DNA of 63,810 nucleotides from Fibrobacterales bacterium (GTDB lineage: Bacteria; Fibrobacterota; Fibrobacteria; Fibrobacterales; JAOPTW01). The notes beneath the pieces were generated by a model. That model was not told where the DNA came from. It saw only the letters and a list, made by a program, of their open reading frames with translations, and made no database searches. Position 1 is the stretch's first letter. The number at the start of each line of letters is the position of its first letter. The translations under genes and the position numbers were made by a program. Shown here piece after piece: positions 1 to 10,903 of this stretch. The stretch lies in the NCBI GenBank assembly GCA_051532055.1, contig JAOPTX010000021.1:1-63810 (forward strand). The letters are read 5' to 3'.

Positions 1-1
1 T

Positions 2-898
2 CCAGGTCAGGGGTCACAGTATATTGGAATGGGCAAGGTAATTGCCGAAGAGAATGCCGAGGCGGCTGCCCTGTTAAAACAGGCGGATGACGTACTCGGC
101 TTTTCACTTTCTAATATTTTGTTTAATGGCCCTGAAGAGGAACTTAAAAAAACAGAAAACACTCAACCTGCATTATTTGTTGTTTCACAAATGGTGATGA
201 CCTTGCTTAAGCAAGAAGGTGTGGCTTTTGATTATTTCGCCGGACACTCTCTAGGTGAATATTCTGCAATCTGTGCAGGTGGTGGAATATCTTTTGAAGA
301 TGGATTAAAGCTTGTACGCAAACGTGGTGAACTTATGGCTGCGGCCGGTGAAGTTCGTCCTGGTGCTATGGCAGCAGTTCTTGGGATGGAAGAGGCAGAC
401 CTTGTAGCTGCACTCAATGAAGTATCCCCAGACGGTAAGGTTGTTCCTGCTAATTTTAATTGTCCTGGTCAAATTGTGATTTCGGGAGAGGTTGATGCGG
501 TTACAGCAGCTGAAAAACATATCTCCGAACTGGGCAAACGGGTTGTAGTATTACCGGTGAGTGGCGCTTTTCACTCTCCATTAATGGAATATGCTAAAGA
601 TGACCTTGCCGAAGCTGTATCAGCTGTTACATTTAAAGAGATGAGTGCTCCTTTGATTGCAAACGTTACGTCAGAATTAGTAACCAGTCCAGAGAGTATG
701 AAAGAACTTCTGGTTCAGCAGTTGGTAAGCCCCGTAAAATGGAGCCAATCAATGAATTGTGCTGTAGAAGCAGGAGTTGAACAAGCTATTGAAGTTGGTG
801 CGGGTAAAGTTCTCATGGGTCTCATGAGAAAAATATCACGTGCGGTAAAGGTTTTTCCGGTGGAGTCTTCTACAGACTTTACCAAATTTAAAGGATAA
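2..898 (+). CDS. fabD: Malonyl-CoA:ACP transacylase (5'-truncated by window edge)
   Basis: Frame open from base 2 encoding PGQGSQ; GHSLGEY catalytic motif, NTQPAL, VSGAFHS; precedes fabG-acpP. Confidence 0.97.
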   Translation, partial: PGQGSQYIGMGKVIAEENAEAAALLKQADDVLGFSLSNILFNGPEEELKKTENTQPALFVVSQMVMTLLKQEGVAFDYFAGHSLGEYSAICAGGGISFEDGLKLVRKRGELMAAAGEVRPGAMAAVLGMEEADLVAALNEVSPDGKVVPANFNCPGQIVISGEVDAVTAAEKHISELGKRVVVLPVSGAFHSPLMEYAKDDLAEAVSAVTFKEMSAPLIANVTSELVTSPESMKELLVQQLVSPVKWSQSMNCAVEAGVEQAIEVGAGKVLMGLMRKISRAVKVFPVESSTDFTKFKG

Positions 899-901
899 TA
901 G

Positions 902-1645
902 ATGTTAGATTTTACAGGTAAAAATGCGATCGTAACCGGGGCAACTCGTGGTATCGGTCTTGAAGTTGCTCGTTCTCTTGCAGCACAAGGATGTAACATT
1001 GCAGTACTTGATATCAATCTTGGTGATAACTCATCAATTGAAGGTATTGTAAAAGACTTTGGCGTTAAAGCTAAGGGTTGGGTTTGCGATGTTTCTAATA
1101 CTGAAGCAGTAACTACAGTATTCAAAGAGATTATTGCTGAATTTGGCACTGTTGAAGTTCTTGTAAATAATGCGGGCATCACTCGTGATAACCTTCTCAT
1201 GAGAATGAAAGATGAAGATTTCGATTCAGTTATTGCAGTAAATCTCCGTTCAGTATTTGTTACTACTAAGGCAATTGTTCGTCAGATGATGAAACAGAAA
1301 TATGGGCGTATTGTGAACACTGCTTCAATCAATGGTCTCGTATGTCAGGCTGGCCAGGCAAACTATGCCGCTTCAAAATCTGGTGTAATTGGTATTACTA
1401 AATCAAATGCAAAAGAGTTTGCAGCAAAGGGTATTACCATTAATGCAGTAGCTCCTGGGTTTATCAGAACTGATATGACTGATAAATTGAGTGATGAACA
1501 AATTGCTGCTTTTAGCGAAGCAATTCCATCAAAAGCCCTTGGAACACCAAAAGATGTAGCAAACGCAGTATGTTTTCTTGCTTCTGAAGAAGCGGGCTAC
1601 ATAAATGGACACATTTTGAGCGTTGATGCCGGAATGAATGCTTGA
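902..1645 (+). CDS. fabG: 3-oxoacyl-ACP reductase
   Basis: SDR motifs TGATRGIG, NNAGITRD, YAASK; fab operon context. Confidence 0.96.
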   Translation: MLDFTGKNAIVTGATRGIGLEVARSLAAQGCNIAVLDINLGDNSSIEGIVKDFGVKAKGWVCDVSNTEAVTTVFKEIIAEFGTVEVLVNNAGITRDNLLMRMKDEDFDSVIAVNLRSVFVTTKAIVRQMMKQKYGRIVNTASINGLVCQAGQANYAASKSGVIGITKSNAKEFAAKGITINAVAPGFIRTDMTDKLSDEQIAAFSEAIPSKALGTPKDVANAVCFLASEEAGYINGHILSVDAGMNA

Positions 1646-1717
1646 TTTTGAAAATTTTATTACATTTTAACCCAATAAAACACGTATAAATAAGTTTGTT
1701 ATTAAAAAGGAAATGAG

Positions 1718-1957
1718 ATGACTCAAGAAGAACTAATGGAAAAAGTTATTGCAGTAGTTGTTGAAAAACTCGGCGTAAAAGAAGACCAGTGCAAAACTGA
1801 AGCGAAATTTGTTGAAGATCTTGGTGCAGACTCACTTGATCAAGTTGAACTCGTTATGGCTCTTGAAGATGAATTTGATCTTGAAATCCCTGACGAAGAT
1901 GCTCAAAAACTTTCAAGTGTTGGCACTGTTATCGAGTACGTACAGTCTAAAGTTTAA
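1718..1957 (+). CDS. acpP: Acyl carrier protein
   Basis: DLGADSLD phosphopantetheine site, acidic 79 aa. Confidence 0.98.
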   Translation: MTQEELMEKVIAVVVEKLGVKEDQCKTEAKFVEDLGADSLDQVELVMALEDEFDLEIPDEDAQKLSSVGTVIEYVQSKV

Positions 1958-1978
1958 TCACATTGAGTTGATTATAGG

Positions 1979-2010
1979 AAAGGCAATTGCTCAAGCAGTT
2001 GCCTTTTTTT
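1979..2010 (+). terminator. Intrinsic terminator after acpP
   Basis: AAAGGCAATTGC-TCAA-GCAGTTGCCTTTTTTT hairpin plus U-tract. Confidence 0.8.
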
Positions 2011-2013
2011 ATT

Positions 2014-2769
2014 ATGTTAAAAAGTTTAATAGAAAAGTTATCTGGTAAAAAAAGCTCCGAAGCTATTGGGCTCGAAGAGAGTATTGCCTATACTTTTACC
2101 AATCGTGATCACCTTAATCTTGCACTTATCCATTGTTCAATGGCAAAAGAGAAAGAAGAACAGGTTGTTAAATACAATAATGAGCGCATGGAATTTCTCG
2201 GCGACTCAATTCTCAATTTTCTTGTAACAGATCATCTCTATAAAAGTTATCCAGAACTGACTGAAGGCGAAATGTCTAAAATGAAGTCAGTGATTGTTTC
2301 TACCCGTGTTCTTGCACGCTGTGCTCTCAAGATTGAGCTGGGTAAGTATGTGGTCATGAGTAACTCTGAAGATAAAGCAGGTGGTCGCAATAGAGAGAGT
2401 ATTCTCGCAGATGCTTTTGAAGCTCTTCTTGCAGCGCTATATCTTGATAGTGGGATTAGTCAATGTTCTAAGCTCTTGACTCAGGTATTGTTCCCAGAAA
2501 TTGGAGCGGTAATGGCTGATGATAAATTGAAAAATTATAAAAGCATCCTCCTAGAGCTTTCACAAGGAAACGGCATGGGAGCTCCCACATATACCGTAAT
2601 TTCTGAAGAGGGGCCTGAACATGAAAAGCTTTTCAAGGTAGAAGCTATGGTCAATGGCGAATCAGTAGGTGGAGGCACAGGTCATTCAAAGAAGCGTGCC
2701 GAGCAAGAGGCTGCAAGAGAAGCCTTGAAAACTATCCAAAAAAAGATTGAAGAAGAGTCGAACTCTTAA
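2014..2769 (+). CDS. rnc: Ribonuclease III
   Basis: NERMEFLGDS signature, ADAFEALLAALYLD, C-terminal dsRBD; start set at the ATG after the terminator. Confidence 0.96.
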   Translation: MLKSLIEKLSGKKSSEAIGLEESIAYTFTNRDHLNLALIHCSMAKEKEEQVVKYNNERMEFLGDSILNFLVTDHLYKSYPELTEGEMSKMKSVIVSTRVLARCALKIELGKYVVMSNSEDKAGGRNRESILADAFEALLAALYLDSGISQCSKLLTQVLFPEIGAVMADDKLKNYKSILLELSQGNGMGAPTYTVISEEGPEHEKLFKVEAMVNGESVGGGTGHSKKRAEQEAAREALKTIQKKIEEESNS

Positions 2770-2779
2770 TATCTATACT

Positions 2780-3508
2780 ATGTCTCGCTGGAACCTCATA
2801 GAGTTTGCAATTGAAACTGGTGCCGAGAATATGATCATCGATCAAGCACTCCTCTCAAATATTGACACCTCAGAAAAGCCAACTCTTAGGCTCTATGGGT
2901 GGAAACCAGAAGCCATTTCACTTGGCTATTTCCAAAAGCCAGAAAGAGAACTGAATCTTGAGAAAGTAGCAGTTGATGGTATTGATGTGGTAAAGCGGGT
3001 TACTGGCGGCCGTGCAGTACTTCATGCTGAAGAACTAACGTATTCTGTTGTGGGGCCCTGTAGTTATCCAGGGTTTGAAACATTAGAGTCAACCTATACA
3101 CATATTTCAAATGCACTGGTACAAGGATTGCAAACAGTTGGGGTCTCAGCTCAATTGTCGCAAGGAGTTCTGACGCGTAATCAACTTACAGCAACGGTAC
3201 AAGGGGTTGCGAAGCCGTGCTTTGCTTCTACTTCGCGTAGTGAACTGACACTTAATAATAAGAAACTCGTGGGCTCCGCTCAGCGGCGATTAAAACGCTC
3301 ATTTATTCAACACGGATCTCTCATGATGGGGGAGCGGTTTAAAGCACTTGGTGAATACTTAAATATCGAAAGTGGCCCAGCATTTAACATGCTGCAGGAT
3401 GAACAAGCGACGTCTCTTGCTGGAGAAGGTGTTATTCTTGATGTTGTGTCGCTTAAGAATGCCTTAATTGAAGGATTTAGTTCTTATTTTGATATCTCTT
3501 TTGAGTAG
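2780..3508 (+). CDS. Lipoate-protein ligase family protein (LplA/LipM-like)
   Basis: NMIIDQALL, RVTGGRAVLH, KKLVGSAQ, QHGS motifs. Confidence 0.88.
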   Translation: MSRWNLIEFAIETGAENMIIDQALLSNIDTSEKPTLRLYGWKPEAISLGYFQKPERELNLEKVAVDGIDVVKRVTGGRAVLHAEELTYSVVGPCSYPGFETLESTYTHISNALVQGLQTVGVSAQLSQGVLTRNQLTATVQGVAKPCFASTSRSELTLNNKKLVGSAQRRLKRSFIQHGSLMMGERFKALGEYLNIESGPAFNMLQDEQATSLAGEGVILDVVSLKNALIEGFSSYFDISFE

Positions 3509-3591
3509 AGTGAGTCAGACGTAAAAACCTCAAAAACCTTTCTAATTTAGGTATATTTCCAAAAGTGCCATCAGTTCATTCAAGGATATTT

Positions 3592-5379
3592 ATGCGTCTG
3601 CTCTTACTTACTTTAGTACTGACTTTTTTTGCATGTAATCAAAATTCTCAGCCAAAAAATGATGAGAAAAATGGTCGTGCGACCAATGAAAAATCCATAG
3701 ACCTTACCCTTGAAACAGCCGGTGAAAAAGACCCTATAGCAAGTAATAAGGCAGTTGTAGGTGGTACCTTTACCACTTGGGGAAGTAGTTTTCCAAAATC
3801 TCTCAATGCATGGGTTGATTACAATAGTTTTTCATCAGAAATAATGGGGTATCTATTTGAATCATTAGTAACCTTGCATCCAACAAAAAATAAACCCGTG
3901 GGAGTACTCGCCGAAAAATGGGAAATTTCTGAAGATAAAAAGAGCTTTACCTTTACTATTCATCCAAAGGCCACATGGAGTGATGGTGTTCCCGTGACTG
4001 CCACTGATATTCAGTTCTATTTTGATGTGATGATGAATAAGAAAAACAAAACTTCACTCTTTAGAGTGTCTCTCTCACGATTTGAGCGACCTGAAGTATT
4101 GAGTGAAAAGGTTGTTAAGGTTACTGCAAAAGAAGTGCATTGGAATAATTTTTGGGATGCTGCCGGCCTGACTGCCTTTCCAAAACACATATGGGAAGGG
4201 AAGAATTTTAATAAACTCAATTTTGATTTCCCTGTAGTAAGTGGGCCCTATGCTATTAAAGAGATTAAGAAAAATAGGTTCCTTACTCTAAAGCGACGTG
4301 ACTATTGGTGGGGAAGAGTAAAGCAGTTCAATCTTAATAAGTTTAATTTTTCTGAATTGAAATACCGCTTTATTGCAGATCAGCTCAAAACATTAGAGAT
4401 GCTCAAAAAAGGTGAAATTGATGTCTATCCAGTCTACACTTCAAAAATTTGGAATAATCATCTCGACTTTGAGTCAATCGAAAAAAACTGGATAGTAAAG
4501 CAGAAGGTTTTTAATAAAGAACCAATGGGTTTTCAAGGAATGGCCTTTAATTTAAGGAGAACCAAGTTTAAAGACCCGAAAGTACGTGAAGCACTCTGTT
4601 TACTTCTCAATCGTGATAAGATTAATGAGAAGCTCATGTATAGTGCTTATTTAATGATAAACTCTTACTACCCCGATCTCTATGAAGGCAATGTCAACAG
4701 CGCGGTACCTGTACGAAAATTTGATCCAATTACTGCACGGTCTCTCCTTAAAAAGGCCGGATGGAAGGTTAATGACAAAGGAGTTCTTGAAAAAAATGGA
4801 GAAGAATTTTCCGTTAACTTTTTAATGCGCTCACCAGACCTACGGCACATCACCGTCTATGTGGAAGATTTAAAAGCAGTTGGAATAAAGGCAACCATAG
4901 AACAGGTTACGGGTTCAACGTTCTCTAAAAAGGTTGATGAGCATCAGTTTGATATGCTTTGGCTTGCCTGGGGGGCCTCTCGTCTTAGGGATCCTGAAGC
5001 GTCATGGCATTCAAAAACAGCAATGGAAGCATCAACCAATAATGTGCCAGGCTATCAAAATAACGTTGTGGATAGTTTGATAACACTTCAGAAAACAGAG
5101 ATGAATCTTGATCGTCGGAATGGGATTCTTAAAGAGATTGATGCCCAGCTCTATACTGATATGCCTTATGCACTTCTTTGGAATGCAGACTATCATCGTG
5201 TTCTTTATTGGAATAAGTTTGGTAAGCCGAAATCGGTGATGGATAAATACAATCGAGAAGATTGTATTGCTACCTACTGGTGGTACGATAGAGTAAAGGA
5301 TGCTGCTTTGAAAAAAGCGAAGAATACAGGAATTGCACTTCCTGCAGAACCAGCAGAAGTAACCTATACCGGGGAATAG
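3592..5379 (+). CDS. Peptide ABC transporter substrate-binding lipoprotein (family 5, YejA-like)
   Basis: Lipobox FFAC; LAEKWEISED, WSDGVPVTATD, SGPY motifs; upstream of permeases. Confidence 0.9.
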   Translation: MRLLLLTLVLTFFACNQNSQPKNDEKNGRATNEKSIDLTLETAGEKDPIASNKAVVGGTFTTWGSSFPKSLNAWVDYNSFSSEIMGYLFESLVTLHPTKNKPVGVLAEKWEISEDKKSFTFTIHPKATWSDGVPVTATDIQFYFDVMMNKKNKTSLFRVSLSRFERPEVLSEKVVKVTAKEVHWNNFWDAAGLTAFPKHIWEGKNFNKLNFDFPVVSGPYAIKEIKKNRFLTLKRRDYWWGRVKQFNLNKFNFSELKYRFIADQLKTLEMLKKGEIDVYPVYTSKIWNNHLDFESIEKNWIVKQKVFNKEPMGFQGMAFNLRRTKFKDPKVREALCLLLNRDKINEKLMYSAYLMINSYYPDLYEGNVNSAVPVRKFDPITARSLLKKAGWKVNDKGVLEKNGEEFSVNFLMRSPDLRHITVYVEDLKAVGIKATIEQVTGSTFSKKVDEHQFDMLWLAWGASRLRDPEASWHSKTAMEASTNNVPGYQNNVVDSLITLQKTEMNLDRRNGILKEIDAQLYTDMPYALLWNADYHRVLYWNKFGKPKSVMDKYNREDCIATYWWYDRVKDAALKKAKNTGIALPAEPAEVTYTGE

Positions 5380-5388
5380 TACCGCCTT

Positions 5389-6405
5389 TTGAAACAGTAT
5401 ATTCTCAGACGACTCCTCATTATGATTCCAACAATACTTGGAATCAGTATTATCTGTTTTGCGCTTATTCAATTTGTCCCCGGTGGACCTGTTGAACAAG
5501 AAATTGCCAAGATGCGTAACGTGGATAGCCAAAAAGGAATGAGTGCAAGTCAGACCATAACTGAAGAGGAAATAGAGAACCTCAAAGAGTACTATGGTTT
5601 TGACAAACCCGCTTATATTCGTTACTTCACTTGGATAGGCAATGTACTCACTCTCGATTTTGGCGACTCATATGCGTATGAAGAACCAGTGCTTGATGTG
5701 ATTGTGAGCAAATTTCCGGTCTCTATTTTTTTCGGTGTGACATCGTTTTTACTTTCTTATATCATCTGTATCCCGCTCGGTTTAGCAAAAGCAATGCGGC
5801 ATGGCTCTCTATTTGACCTGCTCTCGTCACTGGTGATATTTTCTGGCTATGTGGTACCAGGCTATGCATTGGGTATTGTACTTATTATATTTTTAGGGGG
5901 TGGTGAATTTTTTGACCTATTCCCAATTAGTGGAATGGTGTCAGATGATTTTGAGTCTATGGCATGGTACATGCAGGTACTTGATTTCTTACATCATATG
6001 ATTCTACCTCTGATTTGTTATATGGTCTCACAGTTTGCCTTTTTAACACTTCTTATGAAAAATGCTATTCTCGAAGAGATTAGTAAAGACTATATGAAAA
6101 CAGCAATGGTTAAAGGTGCTTCACATAGGGTTGCCGTTATAAAACACGCCCTGCGTAATGCACTTATACCATTGGCAACAGGGATGGGGGATATCTTTAT
6201 GCTCATCTTTTCAGGTGCAATACTTATCGAAAAAGTATTTGATATTGATGGTATGGGGCTTTTGATGTTTGACTCTATGGTAGGGCGAGACTATACGATT
6301 GTTATGGCAATGATCTTTATTATGAGTATTTTGACTCTATTAGGGCGACTCTTCTCTGACGTTCTTTATGTTATTATTGATCCACGAGTGAGTTTTAGTA
6401 AATAG
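5389..6405 (+). CDS. Peptide ABC transporter permease (YejB/DppB-like)
   Basis: YILRRLL, PGGPVE, GFDKP, EAA-like loop, HALRNA. Confidence 0.92.
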   Translation: MKQYILRRLLIMIPTILGISIICFALIQFVPGGPVEQEIAKMRNVDSQKGMSASQTITEEEIENLKEYYGFDKPAYIRYFTWIGNVLTLDFGDSYAYEEPVLDVIVSKFPVSIFFGVTSFLLSYIICIPLGLAKAMRHGSLFDLLSSLVIFSGYVVPGYALGIVLIIFLGGGEFFDLFPISGMVSDDFESMAWYMQVLDFLHHMILPLICYMVSQFAFLTLLMKNAILEEISKDYMKTAMVKGASHRVAVIKHALRNALIPLATGMGDIFMLIFSGAILIEKVFDIDGMGLLMFDSMVGRDYTIVMAMIFIMSILTLLGRLFSDVLYVIIDPRVSFSK

Positions 6406-6406
6406 T

Positions 6407-7432
6407 ATGCAAATATCCGAAATAACCAAAATGCGCTGGCGTAATTTTAAAAAGATTAAAAGGGCATACTACTCTTTGATCGTATTAACGCTTCTATTTG
6501 TTCTATCGTTGGGTAATGAGTTGTTGATAAATAATAAGCCATTGATCTTAAGCTATGAAGGGTCACTCTATTTTCCTATCGTGAGTTTTTATAGTGGTGA
6601 AACATTTGGGGGTGCCTTTAAAACAGAAGCAAATTACCCTAAGCTTGATACTAATCAGTTGTTTATTGAAAAGGGGTGGATGCTTTTCCCCATTATCCCT
6701 TATGATCCGCTGACACCACACCTCGACCTTGAGGGCATTCCTCCACACGCACCATCAACGGAGCACTGGCTCGGGACCGATGAAAATGGTCGTGACGTTC
6801 TTGCACGTCTAGCGTATGGTTTTAGAAATTGCATTCTCTTTGCCCTTGGTGTTTCGCTTTTTTCAACGGTTATGGGTATACTTATTGGTGCAATTCAAGG
6901 CTATCGTGGAGGGTGGTTTGATATAGTAGGTCAGCGTTTCATTGAGATATGGTCATCACTTCCTTTTCTCTATATTGTCATCCTGATTGGTGCAATCTAT
7001 GGTAGAAGCTTCATATTACTCCTTGTATTGATGTCGATTTTTTCGTGGGTATCACTCTCGTATTATATGCGGGGAGAATTCCTCAAATTAAAAAACATGA
7101 CATATGTAAAAATGGCCCGGGCGAGTGGACTTCCTACAAGGCATATTCTTTTTAAAGAGATACTTCCCAATGCACTCACTCCGGTTATTACTATACTCCC
7201 TTTCTCCATTATTGGTGGTATTGCAGGTCTTACATCATTAGACTTTTTGGGTTTTGGATTACAGCCTCCCACACCTTCATGGGGTGAGCTTATGCAACAA
7301 GGATTGAATAACTTAAATGCACCATGGATTGCTCTCTCAACACTGATTGCTCTCTTTGGTACCCTGCTTTTGACCACCTTTGTAGGTGAAGGGGTTCGTG
7401 AAGCCTTCGATCCTAAGGCGGAGGCTCGCTAA
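6407..7432 (+). CDS. Peptide ABC transporter permease (YejE/DppC-like)
   Basis: HWLGTDENGRDVLARL, ILPNA, LDFLGFGL..PSWGEL. Confidence 0.92.
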   Translation: MQISEITKMRWRNFKKIKRAYYSLIVLTLLFVLSLGNELLINNKPLILSYEGSLYFPIVSFYSGETFGGAFKTEANYPKLDTNQLFIEKGWMLFPIIPYDPLTPHLDLEGIPPHAPSTEHWLGTDENGRDVLARLAYGFRNCILFALGVSLFSTVMGILIGAIQGYRGGWFDIVGQRFIEIWSSLPFLYIVILIGAIYGRSFILLLVLMSIFSWVSLSYYMRGEFLKLKNMTYVKMARASGLPTRHILFKEILPNALTPVITILPFSIIGGIAGLTSLDFLGFGLQPPTPSWGELMQQGLNNLNAPWIALSTLIALFGTLLLTTFVGEGVREAFDPKAEAR

Positions 7433-8247
7433 TGGCTCAAAAAGAACCCATTTTAGAAGTTAAAAACTTGACAATTGATGTGCCTGCTCCCGAAGAATTA
7501 AGGGGACAGTTGGAGTCTGATAGACTCTCTATTGTGAAAGAGGTGAGCTTTAAGGTGCAGCATGGAGAAATATACTCTCTGGTTGGTGAATCGGGTTCAG
7601 GCAAAACGGTGTCATCACTTGCGGTTCTTGGTTTTTTACCACAGCCAGGTGGACGTATTGTGTCGGGTGATATTCTTTTTAATGGGAAGTCAATACCGAA
7701 TATGACTAAAGAGTCTCTTCGTGCAATTCGAGGTCGAGACATCTCCATGATTTTTCAAGAGCCCGGTGCTGCACTTAATCCTATTGTTAAAGTGTCTCAA
7801 CAACTAATGGAAGTTTTTTCTTATCACCCTTATAGTGGAAATGCGACGGATCGTATTCGTACAATATTACAGCGTGTAGGATTTCCTGAGCCTGACCGAG
7901 TGTTGCATTCATACCCCCACGAGCTCTCCGGTGGAATGCAGCAGCGGGTAATGATTGCAATGGCCCTCTTATTGAGGCCATCCCTCATTATTGCTGATGA
8001 ACCGACAACGGCTCTTGATGTGACTGTACAAAAACAAGTTATGGATCTTATTTTAGAACTGCAAAAAGAAGAAGGGTGTGCGGTGCTGTTTATTACCCAT
8101 AATCTTGCATTAGTTTCTCAGTATGCGGATAGCCTTTCAGTAATGAAAGATGGGCGCATAGTAGAGGCCAATACGATTGATCACTTTTTTGATGGACCAA
8201 CTCAAGAGTATAGCCGTCAACTACTGGCTGCAGTGCCACGGTTATAG
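7432..8247 (+). CDS. Peptide ABC transporter ATPase (DppD-like)
   Basis: GESGSGKT, LSGGMQQR, IIADEPTTALD. Confidence 0.93.
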   Translation: MAQKEPILEVKNLTIDVPAPEELRGQLESDRLSIVKEVSFKVQHGEIYSLVGESGSGKTVSSLAVLGFLPQPGGRIVSGDILFNGKSIPNMTKESLRAIRGRDISMIFQEPGAALNPIVKVSQQLMEVFSYHPYSGNATDRIRTILQRVGFPEPDRVLHSYPHELSGGMQQRVMIAMALLLRPSLIIADEPTTALDVTVQKQVMDLILELQKEEGCAVLFITHNLALVSQYADSLSVMKDGRIVEANTIDHFFDGPTQEYSRQLLAAVPRL

Positions 8248-8255
8248 GGGATAGT

Positions 8256-9080
8256 ATGCAAAAAGTTCTCATTGAAGCACGTAATCTCAAAACTTGGTTC
8301 CCCATTACTGGTGGTGTATTGGGCTCTGTAGTGAGTTATGTAAAAGCGGTAGATGGTGTATCGCTCTCTATTCGTGAAGGTGAAGTATTGTCTCTCGTTG
8401 GAGAATCGGGAAGTGGCAAAAGTACTTTGGGCTATACTCTCCTTGGTTTGACTCAAGCAACGTCTGGAGATATTCTCTTTGAGGGTACACCTGTTGCTAT
8501 TGATTCCATAAAAAATTGGAAACCATATCGAAGAGATTATCAGATTATATTTCAAGATTCTCATTCTTCACTCAATCCAAAACAAACGATTTTTGAAATC
8601 CTCTCTGCTCCAGTGTTATATCATAGTATTGTTGCGCCTAAAGATATTCGTGTCTATCTCATCGATGTATTAAAAAAGGTGGGCCTTGGGAGTGAAACTC
8701 TTGATAAATACCCCCATGCTTTTTCGGGTGGACAGCGGCAACGCATTAGTATTGCACGGACTATTGCACTCAAACCCAAGTTAATAATTTGTGATGAGGT
8801 TGTATCGGCTCTTGATGTCACTATACAGGCACAAATTTTAAAACTATTGATGGACTTAAAAAGAGAGATGCATCTTTCCCTTCTTTTTATTTCCCATGAT
8901 ATGGCGGTGGTTAAAGAAGTGAGTGATCGAGTTGCTGTTATGTATTTTGGTAAACTTGTGGAAGAAGGAACTGTAGAAGATGTTTTTTGTCAACCAACCC
9001 ATGAATATACAAAAGCACTACTCAGCGCTGTCCCTACACTTGACCCTAAAAGACGAAAATCTATTGCATCTTCTCAATAA
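8256..9080 (+). CDS. Peptide ABC transporter ATPase (DppF-like)
   Basis: [26 protein letters not shown]. Confidence 0.93.
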   Translation: MQKVLIEARNLKTWFPITGGVLGSVVSYVKAVDGVSLSIREGEVLSLVGESGSGKSTLGYTLLGLTQATSGDILFEGTPVAIDSIKNWKPYRRDYQIIFQDSHSSLNPKQTIFEILSAPVLYHSIVAPKDIRVYLIDVLKKVGLGSETLDKYPHAFSGGQRQRISIARTIALKPKLIICDEVVSALDVTIQAQILKLLMDLKREMHLSLLFISHDMAVVKEVSDRVAVMYFGKLVEEGTVEDVFCQPTHEYTKALLSAVPTLDPKRRKSIASSQ

Positions 9081-9109
9081 TCTCCTTATAATAAAGGAGA
9101 GGAGGGAGT

Positions 9110-10117
9110 GTGAAAAAAGCCATTTTATATACCCCATTAGAACATGATACCGTACGGTGTACTGCGTGCGCGCACTATTGTACCATTGCCGAAAGTAAAT
9201 GGGGGCGATGTAAGGTGCGCGGTAATCGAGAGGGAATCCTCTATCTTGATGTTTATGGTGAAGTAGTTGCAGAAAACGTTGACCCCATTGAGAAAAAACC
9301 ACTCTATCATTTTTTACCAGGGTCATCAGTTTTTTCTATTGGAACCTATGGTTGTAATTTTACCTGTGATTATTGTCAAAATTGGAGTATTTCACAAACC
9401 CATGATGATATACGGCATCATAGTGCTTCTCTCACTCCTGAACGTATTGTTGAATATTGTATTCAACATGAGTTACCTGCTATTGCCTTTACCTATAATG
9501 AGCCCACTATATTTAGTGAGTTTGTGTATGATATTGCGGTGCTCGCTCGGAAGGAAGGGATACGATCGGTTTTAGTTTCAAATGGGTATATGAGTAGTGA
9601 GGCGGTGACATTTCTTGCTCCAGTAATCGATGCTATAAACATCGACTTAAAAGCTGACTCTGACTTCTTTTATAAAAACTTTTGTCATGGTGGTTATACA
9701 CAGGTTCTTAAAACAATAGAGGCTTTTCGAAAACAGGGTGTATGGGTCGAAGTAACCACACTTGTGATACCTGGACGGAATGATGCTGATCAACAGTTGC
9801 GTAACATTGCAGATGCCTTAGTGCGCATTGATAGAGGGGTTCCTTGGCATCTTTCTGCTTTTCACCCTGACTACAAAGCACTTGATGTAGAGCCAACATC
9901 TCAGGAACGGTTAGAAAGTGCTTATACGATAGGTAAAGAACAAGGGCTGATTTTTGTATATCTGGGCAATGTGGCTGATGTAATACATCAAAGTACTTAT
10001 TGTTCTGAGTGTAATTCTCAGCTTATCGAGAGGAGTTGGAATAGTGCAGTACTTGGTGAATTTGAGTTGGGGAAATGTAATCATTGTGGGAAAAAATTAC
10101 CGGGAGTGTGGGAGTGA
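9110..10117 (+). CDS. amrS: AmmeMemoRadiSam system radical SAM enzyme
   Basis: CTACAHYC N-terminus, DPIEKKPLYHF, CNFTCDYCQNW (CxxxCxxC), C-terminal Cys pairs; adjacent Memo and AMMECR1 genes. Confidence 0.92.
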   Translation: MKKAILYTPLEHDTVRCTACAHYCTIAESKWGRCKVRGNREGILYLDVYGEVVAENVDPIEKKPLYHFLPGSSVFSIGTYGCNFTCDYCQNWSISQTHDDIRHHSASLTPERIVEYCIQHELPAIAFTYNEPTIFSEFVYDIAVLARKEGIRSVLVSNGYMSSEAVTFLAPVIDAINIDLKADSDFFYKNFCHGGYTQVLKTIEAFRKQGVWVEVTTLVIPGRNDADQQLRNIADALVRIDRGVPWHLSAFHPDYKALDVEPTSQERLESAYTIGKEQGLIFVYLGNVADVIHQSTYCSECNSQLIERSWNSAVLGEFELGKCNHCGKKLPGVWE

Positions 10118-10902
10118 TTCGAAGGTCGGAATATGCAGGGAGCTTCTATAGCGCAAACCAAATAACATTGGGGTGTGAAATAGAGCAATACCTTCAAAGT
10201 GCTGACCCTGTTGTTGTTCCAAGTTCTGTCCGTGCAATAGTGGTGCCGCATGCGGGGTACCTCTATTCTGGTGCTGTCGCGGCATATGCGTATACAGTGC
10301 TCTCTCGAAGTATAATTAAAAAGGTTGTAATCCTCGGCCCCTCACATCAATACTATTTTAAGGGGATAGGGCTTGATTCTGTAGAACAATGGGAATCACC
10401 TCTCGGTGTACAATCACTGTATTTACCGGATAGGGAGTGGTTAGCTGGTGAACATGTGTCAATGATAGATGACACACATCAGAAAGAACATAGTCTTGAA
10501 GTGCAACTCCCCTTTATTCAAAAGGTATTGCCAGGAATTCAACTTCTACCGATTATGATTGGTGAGGTTGAAGACCTTGATGCTGTAGCAAAACAGATCA
10601 ATAGTTTACTTGATGATCAAACGTTGTTAGTTGTCAGTACAGATCTCTCTCACTTTCTTACTTATGATACAGCGACTATACGAGATGCAGAAACCATTGA
10701 CATGGTTTTAAAGGGTGAGACTATAACTGACTCAGCAAGAGCATGCGGTAGAATCGGAGTAAATATTCTCACACGGATTGCACAGCAGCGGAATTGGGGG
10801 AGTTCTCTTCTCAAATATTTAAATTCAGGAGATACGGCCGGCGATCACTCACGGGTTGTTGGTTACAGTGCATTCGCATTTTATGATTCAGAGGAGGGGT
10901 AA
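10114..10902 (+). CDS. amrB: AmmeMemoRadiSam system protein B (Memo-like)
   Basis: AGSFY, PHAGYLYSG, GPSH, EHSLEVQLPF, STDLSH, NSGD..VVGY; GTG start overlaps amrS stop (GTGA). Confidence 0.92.
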   Translation: MIRRSEYAGSFYSANQITLGCEIEQYLQSADPVVVPSSVRAIVVPHAGYLYSGAVAAYAYTVLSRSIIKKVVILGPSHQYYFKGIGLDSVEQWESPLGVQSLYLPDREWLAGEHVSMIDDTHQKEHSLEVQLPFIQKVLPGIQLLPIMIGEVEDLDAVAKQINSLLDDQTLLVVSTDLSHFLTYDTATIRDAETIDMVLKGETITDSARACGRIGVNILTRIAQQRNWGSSLLKYLNSGDTAGDHSRVVGYSAFAFYDSEEG

Positions 10903-10903
10903 T

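Noticed and set aside
715..1200. 161-aa antisense ORF over fabD/fabG
   Set aside because: Typical antisense shadow of a codon-biased SDR gene with no independent signals
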